From: Salisapilia sapeloensis CBS 127946
Taxonomy: Eukaryota; Protista; Oomycota
Direction of reading: 5' to 3'
NCBI GenBank assembly: GCA_023334545.1
Contig: JAADVB010000168.1
Location: forward strand, 1-42,474
DNA length: 42,474 nucleotides
In this document: one piece after another, positions 34,527 through 42,474 of the stretch
Layout: each line of letters begins with the position of its first letter
Numbering within the stretch: position 1 is the stretch's first letter
Made by a program: the position numbers and the translations under genes
The notes under the pieces: generated by a model
Told to the model about the DNA's origin: nothing
The model's input: only the letters and a program-made list of their open reading frames with translations
Databases searched by the model: none

Positions 34527-36104
34527 ATGGATCGGAAGAAAGCTGCGCTCTACAACGCCCTCGCATGGATCAACTCCATGAAAAACGACGATGGAATCGA
34601 CAGTGAGAATGTCGATGTCGGCGTCCAATGTCTATCGTACGCTTTCGAATGTCCATGTCCTTATGATTGGAGAGCAGATCTTACCACTTTGTATTGCGTT
34701 TTTATAGTGAAGCGTTCGGAATTAAGCTGCAAGATGCAGAGCAGCAACAGCAATACCAAGTGCAAGGCGCTTCCCCTTTTGAAGACATATTCCACGCTGG
34801 CATTAACAAGCTCGACGTACAGATTGGGGTGAACTCTTCTTCCAACCATCCTCTCACCCTCCTCTAAGCTAAATTATTTTCATATAGTCGAGTGCTGGTT
34901 CATCTAGTGTAGACCAGGATCCTGTCGTCTCCAAGAGTATGTGTTTCATTCCGCCCAGGAGTATAATATAATAATAAAAACGAATGGTATGTATAGACCC
35001 GGACTTGTGGAAGAAGTGGGTGTCCAAATTGGAGTCTAAGGGCTTCTTCAAAGACGCACCAACCGGCAGCCAAGAATACAATAACCGACTGACGAAAGCT
35101 CTTGGTAAATTCAAGGAGAAATTCGGAGACGTCCACCCTCCAGTACGTACGCTGTCCTACTATTTACTACCAGTCTAACTTTCTTTTATAGACGGAAATG
35201 TCGAAAAAGGACAAGGAGGCCAAAGCAGAGCATGTCAAAGCGGATGGTAATGCTGCATTGGCTGCTGGTAACCACGCACGTGCGGCGGAGCTGTACACGG
35301 AAGCCCTGTCGCTCTCTCCTGACGGACCCAACTCCCATATCTACCACTCGAATTTGGCTGCTGCGCTTACCTACTTGGGCAAGTACGAAGAAGTTGTGGA
35401 GCATTGCGAACAGTCAATCCAGTTGAACGCAAACTACGTGAAAGCCTACTCTCGCATGGGTAACGCTCGTCTTCATTTGGAGGACTATGATGGTGCCATC
35501 GATGCCTTCCGTCGCGGCTTGGAAGTGGACCCGAACAATGCTGCTTGTCGCGATGGACTGGCCGACGCTGAGCGTAAGATGCAGTCTAGTGGATCGACTG
35601 CCGCGACGTCCAGTGCACCTGCTGGTGGCATGCCTGACCTGAGCAGTTTGGCTGGTATGCTCGGCGGTGGTGGAGGCGGAGGCGGCGGCCTCGGTGACCT
35701 CTTGAACAACCCTCAGATGCAGCAGATGGCGCAGAATATGATGCAGAATCCTCAGATGATGCAGATGTACGATTATATCTTGTATATGGTCAAAAATAGA
35801 TACTCATGTATGGTGTAGGGCGCAAAATATGATGCAGAACCCTGACATGCTCCGGAATATGATGTCCGGTATGGGTAACGGCGGAGGCAGTGGAGGCGGA
35901 GCTCCTGGAGCTGGAGCTGGAGGTATGCCGGATATGAGCAGCATGATGAACAGCCCGGAGATTGCGAACGCGAGGCAGGATCCAGAGCTCCAGGACTTTT
36001 TCCGTGACATTGATTCGGAAGGTCCGTCCGCAGCGACTCGCCACATGTCGAATCCGAAGGTGATGCAACTGCTTCAGTCGATTACGCAACGTATGCAAGG
36101 TTAG
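34527..36104 (+). CDS. SGTA: SGT (small glutamine-rich TPR) co-chaperone (exons 34527-34636, 34708-34816, 34888-34936, 34997-35142, 35192-35766, 35819-36104)
   Basis: N-terminal dimerisation-like VDVGVQCLSEAFGI; three TPRs (KADGNAAL..YHSNLAAA..YVKAYSRMG); Met/Gln-rich STI1-like tail (LLNNPQMQQMAQ..MSNPKVMQ). All splice phases are consistent. Confidence 0.9.
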
Positions 36105-36497
36105 AATGATGGAACAGGAGAAAAGCTTTTGTGATGAAGGATGTTTGATTCACTTCTTGCTGCTTCATTAATACTTGCGATATCCAGTGTATCCTGGTGG
36201 CTTCATGTGACTAGTGAATAGGATAAGAGATTGCTATGTGCGAGTAGAGTAGATAGAATGTACTGATTTTCATGGAGAAGACTCTTGTCGGTCGAATCGC
36301 CATAGCTTTTGCGAAAAGATGGAGCAGGTGAACTATTCAATCGAGTTAGTCGATGCTTAGGTCGATGCTAAGTGAAGAGGTACTTGGAGGAGGTTGACGA
36401 TGCACTGGATCGAGATGAAACGAGCTTATCTCCTATTCCGGCGAGTAGTGAACGACGTCCGAGTACTGGCTGAGTAAGACATCGAACGCCAGCACCA

Positions 36498-37411
36498 TTA
36501 GTACCTGAATTTGAATCTGTTGGAATCGTAGGAGATGACATGATATGCTTTGAACGTTGGCTCCCTGTCCTAGCTTGCTCATACTAGTATTGCTTCAGGT
36601 TGATATCTACTAAACGCATGCTTGTAAAGGCTTACCGCTGGGGTGACATGGCGTCTTGTTGGTGCGTTCTGGACTGAGCCAAGCTTGAAAGCATCTTTTG
36701 GTGTCGCTTCCATCCTTACTTGAGCAGCGTAAGACCTAGTATACATTTGATATGACAAAGGCAGAATGGCATGGTACTATGAAACGTACGTTTTCCACTG
36801 CTGATCGTCTGATACAGGGTACTGAGGCTACAATCAACCCTTAGATATGTTTACCTCGTAAAGTAGGAACGAATGATGGCAACGTACCTGATGAACTGCG
36901 TTTTCAGCATGCGCTTGGTTTGATGGAAACTGTTTCTTGCTTCCCTCTGATAGATTTGAGCTAATAGACCTAGAAGGATTTGGAACATATCCTTCGGTTT
37001 CCGAAGCTAGATGCTATGACACGAATATGTTGGTAAAAATTGCCATGTCAGCAAAGAATGTCTTGTGTATATACGCTAGCGTTGATTTTCTCTGGATAGA
37101 ATCGTTTCTTGTGCGTACGAGGTACAACTCCACCCCAATCTGCATCTGGATGAGAAGGATCGACTCGGTCTTTCAGATGTGGAACGCAATTGGATTCTAT
37201 ATCCTGATTCATGCTGATACTAGTGTAGTTCTTGCGTATGGTGGTGTGGAAATTGCTTGGGAGGAGACGATTCCAAGTGCTATTTCGGGTGGGACAATAG
37301 TTGACGAAAATATCTTTAGTTGTCTAAGGTTGAATTTCTATTCTTTGGTTGTTTTTAATCGTAGTACACTTGAGTTATGCCAGGAAGCTTTGAACTGCCT
37401 GTAGATGGCAT
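36498..37411 (-). CDS. Six-exon hypothetical gene (208 aa) invisible in the ORF track (exons 37411-37370, 37323-37075, 37013-36888, 36827-36790, 36735-36636, 36569-36498)
   Basis: Five GT-AG introns of 46, 61, 60, 54 and 66 nt join in phase with no internal stop. The product includes DRVDPSHPDADWGGVVPRTHKKRF and QWKTSYAAQ. The first donor (GTGTAC) is weak. Confidence 0.62.
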
Positions 37412-38106
37412 TGAAATTTAGACGTGAAAATGTTTGATGTCGAAATTTGGTCGATTTAGAAACCTCGTTCTTTCCTACGTAAATACGCCTTCGCTTAGAT
37501 GATTGATTATGAGCCTTTCTATGCTTTCTTTTGTAGAGGTAGCTTCATCCGGGCTCCATTGTTGATGAGCCAGTTATTGTACTAGACTTCCTTAATGATT
37601 GACGTTCAATCTCACGAAGCAAGTGAAGTGCTACTGTTGACTAGTCAAAGAGAGTTCAGGGCATTAGACATTTTATAATCGAAATGAAATAACAAATATA
37701 CAGTCTAGGCAAGGACTAAGTACTTCCATCAAGTAGTTGATAGTTCCTAATCATCCTCTTTGAAAGGATATTATGATGAAGTCACTTGATTGGAAACTTG
37801 GATGGCCCAGTACGCAAACTTTAGAGAAATCACTACTTCATGCAATCATTTGTTCTTTCGCTTCATCTTTCATTTTTAATTTTTCTTCATCGCAAAGTTT
37901 AAATGGTATAGGGAACCTTGAGTTCTAGCAGACTATAGAAACCCTGCAATTGGCGAGCAATGCGATGTCAATGACGTTCAAGGATCCACTGCCAGGATGT
38001 CATACGAGTCGCAGCTGTAGCGTTTCAAGATACCTTCATATGCCTGAACAGCTACTTCCTTATCGCACTGGAAATACGGGACGGACACTCTACCAAACAC
38101 GAAACT

Positions 38107-40467
38107 ATGAAGTTGGTGGCGCTTGTCAGCGGAGGCAAGGATAGCTGCTATGGTATGCTGGAGGCAGTTCGCTTCGGCCATGAAATTACCTGTCTTGCCC
38201 ACCTCCGTCCGCCACGAGACGAAGACAATGAGATTGATTCGTTCATGTACCAAAGCGTTGGTCATAACGTCGTGAGCATGGTCGCCAAAGCCATGGAGCT
38301 ACCTTTGATCACAGAGTCGATTACTGGGAAAGCTGTGTCTACAGATCTGCACTATAACTCGGAGCTAAGTGGTGATGAAGTCGAAGATCTCTTTCGCTTG
38401 CTTCGACGTGTCAAGGTACATGTTCACAAGCCTGATAATGGCGGCTCGATGCATAATGTCTTCTATCTATGTACAGGACGAGTATCCCGAAGTAGAAGGT
38501 GTATGCTCGGGTGCAATCTTCTCTTCCTATCAACGCAATCGAGTGGAGCACGTGTACGTTCAATCGTTATCCCTATCACTTGTGCGTGTATTTATATAAA
38601 TACTAGATGCTCTCGACTAAGCCTGAGTTCTATCGGGTATCTCTGGCGACGAGAGCAGACGCAACTACTCAGCGATATGGTGGAAGACCAGATGGAGTGC
38701 ATACTTGTAAAAGTGGCTTCTATCGGTCTAATGCCTAGAAAACATTTAGGAAAGACGATCGGCGAGTTACAGTATCAACTACTGGCATTGGTAAGCAATT
38801 GTGTCTTGCTTAATTCTTACATTTATGCTTATGTCACACGACGAATAGAAAGAAAAGTATCAGATGAACGTATGTGGTGAAGGAGGGGAGTACGAGACAT
38901 TTACCCTTGACTGTCCTCTTTTCAAGAAGCGCATCGCCATGTAATGAGAATCATCTTAGGAGTAAGAAACAGTTAACTAATACTAGTCCTACATAGTGAC
39001 TCATCCCGGACGGTACTTCACTCGGACGATATCTGTGCGCCAGTGGCATACCTCGTCATAGATGCTTGTCATCTAGAGGACAAAGAACAGCCCCCGTCTT
39101 CCCTATTCTCATCCAAATGCCCTTCATCAGAAGTGGTGGCATCGCCTGCTCCCAAGAAAGAGTCTCCTTACACCATTTTACCTGCTTTCACCGACTGCCT
39201 CCCATGCATTTCTACCGTCTCCGAATTTCGTGACCAAGTACATGTAGGTGGTGTGCAGAGTGTACGGTCCGAGGAGCTTACACTAGAGGAAGAGGTACAT
39301 GAACTATTTAGCTCCATGCAATCGCTACTCGCAACCAAAGACATTTGCATGGACGACGTCTGCTTTGTCCACGTCTATGTTCGAGACATGAGTGACTTTG
39401 GGCGCATCAACGCAGTGTATTCAAGCTACTTTTCCCATCAGCCTCCTTCTCGTAGCTGTGTGGAAAGCCATACTCTGTCAAGTCGACTCGTCATCGACTG
39501 CTATGCCATTCGTGGAAGTGGGGCAAACAAGTTTAAAAAGAAGCACTTGAGAGAAGTCATGCATGTACAGAGCATTTCCAACTGGGCTCCACCATGCATC
39601 GGACCGTACAGTCAAGCGAATGTACTCCATTCGTCCCTTATCCTGTGTGCTGGACAGATCCCTCTTTTCGCTCCAACCATGCAGATCATCGGTACGTCGC
39701 CCGAAGAGCAATTACTTCAGTGCGTGAAGAACGCAGGACTAGCGTTAGAGGCTCTAGACTCGAACCTTCGGCACGTTGCCAGTGCTGTTGTGTATGGTGT
39801 AGAGGGCGCTAGACTAGATATGCAGTGTAGGCAACATTTCGTGGAGAATGGGGGACTAGGAGATGTATATGAAGATGCCGAGTGTAGTGACGAAAGTGAT
39901 CCAGAAGTGGATAAGGACATGGAGTTGATCCAACTCGTACGCACTTGTCCTGCTCTGTTCGTAGGCGTGTCGCATCTACCTAAAAGTGCGTTCGTTGAGA
40001 TCGAACTGCAAGCTTTAACGCATTTGGTCGTCAAGTACCTTTCCCCTCGAACGACAGAGTCAAGTTTGGTTGAAAATGGATGGAAATGCGAGAGGCAGTC
40101 GACACTACTCGACCACTCTCTCGCTCTCACCATGTGCTGGGCAAGTCCAGAGCAGATGGATGCCACCATGGAGCATGCCATTGGAAACTTATTGGAGCAA
40201 GTGCAGACGAGTCTGATGGATGCCAAGCTCGATTGGGACTGTCTCCTCCACATTAGAGTCTTCTACTGCCTCTCTCTCGCATCCACTGAAGATGCCATCG
40301 CACGAACCATTGATGAAGTGCTAGGCAACATATGCAACGGCAATGGTCCATCGATCACGTTCGTACGTGCGGAGAAACTACAGGAGGACGCAGCGATCGC
40401 CTTTCAAGTGACAGCGCAGGACCTAGATCGACTAGAAGCCGACTTGTGGCTACGTCATCAAGTCTAA
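38107..40467 (+). CDS. DPH6: Diphthine-ammonia ligase with C-terminal RidA/YjgF-like domains (exons 38107-38415, 38477-38553, 38607-38790, 38849-38940, 38997-40467)
   Basis: MKLVALVSGGKDS PP-loop, DSFMYQSVG, GAIFSSYQRNRVE, CGEGGEYETF, HVYVRDMSDFGRINAVY..PPSRSCV and HVQSISNWAPPCIGPYSQA. Confidence 0.95.
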
Positions 40468-40503
40468 ACATGGATAGCAAAGCATGATTGTGTCTTAACT
40501 GAT

Positions 40504-41976
40504 CTAACTACGACGTTTTCGACGAGAGTAGCTATCGTCCTCCCGCTCACGACGTTTACCTCCGTGTCGATCACGGTCTCGGCGCTCGCGATCGCGGTCT
40601 CTGTCTCTTTCTCGATCACGCCCGCGGTCTCGACGGTCTCGGTCTCGACCACGCTCGCGTTCACGATCTTTGTTTCGACCACGATCTCGGTCCCGATCAC
40701 GACGCGGTTCTTCCTTCTCTTCTCTCTTGCCCTCCTTCCTCGATCTGGAGTGGGAGCGACTACGTCGACTGCGCTCTCGCTCTCGATCCCGACCTGCATG
40801 CCCGTCCGGCGGTCCATTCCACGGACCTCCCCAAGGCGGATACCCTTGCTGCATGTAGTTATCGTTAGGAGGCATGGAATTCTGCCATCCAGGCGGTACC
40901 TGGTGGCTCCATTCTGCCGGTGGCGGCTGCTCTGCCTTTGCTTTCGAGTTCATGGCTTCTTCCTCTGCCTTGTACTTGGAGTTTGAAAGCGCTTGTCGAG
41001 CTGCTTCCTGACGAGACTTTTCAAGCGCCAATTCACGGCGAACTTGCAACTGCTGTGCGGCATAGTCCTATACGAAGTGTGAGATGAGGACAGGAAGAGA
41101 GACCGAAGGGATGTACCCGCCACGAGTGTTCATCGAAACCGTAGTTGAAGTAGTCAGAGATATCCACGCCAGGCTTCCGCCACGGCTTATCGTCGAGCAT
41201 GTCAATGTCAACGTCAAAGGCGGTGCGACGTCCACCGAAGAAGGCCAAGTCGTCAATTACTTCTCCATCTTGCTGCATAAAGTGTTAGACATTGTAAATG
41301 ATATACATGTAGGGTGAACTGCACCTCGCCAGGTTTCGGAGCATAAGTGGAAGTCGTCTGCTGACTTCCAGGACCAAAGTGATTTCGGACGTATCGATTG
41401 GAGCCTAAATAATGGATGAATATGCGTCTGTATATGCTACAAAAAGTCGTTTTCTACCTGCAGCGAATCGCACGGATGACTTGGAGTCATCTCGAAGGAC
41501 GATGGCGACATCCTCTTCTTCGTCGTCATCGTCGTCTTCTCCATCTCCCTTCTCACCCGCCTTTGCCGAGTCTTGTTTCGCTTTATCACCTGTCGTAGCT
41601 GACTTTAAAGAGATCGAGACGCCTCCGTAGAGATCGTCTTCATCCAATGTAGCTGCTGGATCCTCTTCTTTAATAGTAGACGCTGCAGGCAGTGCGGTCG
41701 GGTCGGAAGCAACGCCACCGACAGCTACATCTTGCTCTGTTTTAACCTTCGTTCCCTCCTGTTTGACGTCGTCTACTCCACTTGATGAGATTTATATCGG
41801 TGAATTATTGGAGAAGAAGGCGACCTTGGGTGGACGCATGGGGTTCTTTCTTGGTTGTGATCAGGACGTTGTTACCGAACTCCTCGTCCTATGGTTAAGG
41901 GTGTTAAAATTGTAAAGTACTCGGAAGAGGCTTTGTCCTCATAGAGATTAAGTCAGGCGGCTCTTACCTCGTCCAT
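40504..41976 (-). CDS. FIP1: Pre-mRNA 3'-end processing factor FIP1 (multi-exon; coding part of first exon probably ATGGACGAG)
   Basis: Acidic N-terminus (DEDDLYG), Fip1 motif [34 protein letters not shown] and an RD/RE/RS-rich C-terminus. The 5' exons are inferred from phase-compatible GT-AG sites. Confidence 0.92.
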
Positions 41977-42474
41977 GATGTCGCGCTTTAGGAGTCCGTG
42001 TTCGTAACCTATATTCTAGCTGTTTATTTCATTAACAATTTTGTTTTGCACGTATCTTTAAACACCGGTGATACGGTTTCCAACATGCTTCCTGCTTGGA
42101 TACGCTATAGCGACAATGAATCTTCTCCTTACATGATCAGAAGATCCTATAGGTTTTTGGCGTTTCATTAAAACCTATACGGCGCAAAAACCTTTACTCC
42201 ACATTGCCCACTCGGATAAATTTGATGCAAAAAAAGTTTTACTAGTGTTGCGATGTGGTAACCTAGAGTCGAAGCATTCGTCGCCCACGCACGTGTGTAA
42301 GTCAAGTCCGAGATTGCAGCACGAAGAGTATATTTGCTGTACTCGTTCTCCTAGCTGTATCTATAGCAGTCATACTTTTGCACTTGGCAGCACGCGGATA
42401 TGAAAAGTATATTTTCTTCCGTATGGTAATCGAGCTTCGAGACTCGTATATTGAGATCCCTGTCGGCTTTTCGA

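Noticed and set aside
38997-40467. DPH6 fused to RidA/YjgF-like domains as a novel fusion
   Set aside because: This architecture is already established for yeast Dph6 and many other eukaryotic orthologues.
42200-42474. Possible exon fragments of a gene entering from the right edge
   Set aside because: Short open frames exist on both strands, but there is no consistent splice path or recognisable product within the window.
1-42474. tRNA, rRNA or CRISPR arrays
   Set aside because: No cloverleaf with T-loop GTTCRA context, rRNA-like tract or regularly spaced repeat seen by eye; a tRNAscan-SE/Infernal run is needed to exclude small RNAs.

Overview
Gene-dense eukaryotic genomic DNA, most consistent with an oomycete-type stramenopile. 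That assignment is inferred from the ~45-70 nt GT-AG introns, very short intergenic distances and gene repertoire, not from a database search. I could assemble about 20 genes by hand, most of them spliced, so the ORF track fragments them: CsgA-like SDR, EF-hand protein, ankyrin-like+FYVE protein, NDUFB3, ZMAT2/Snu23, a mitochondrial peroxiredoxin-thioredoxin fusion, RBM5/10-like splicing factor, CYP86-clan-like P450, NF-YC, MPP-alpha, PUS1, a Kv-type K+ channel with an EF-hand, two unknown proteins, GBF1/GNOM-type ARF-GEF, SGT co-chaperone, a hidden six-exon gene, DPH6 and FIP1. The first ~5 kb looks like accessory DNA. It carries the 5' part of what looks like a Fanzor1 (eukaryotic TnpB-like RNA-guided nuclease) gene running off the left edge, broken by two mutually compensating 1-nt indels and preceded by two hairpins. 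It also carries a split ORF with a beta-trefoil-like C-terminus. I saw no rRNA, tRNA or CRISPR array. All family assignments come from recalled motifs and need HMM confirmation.
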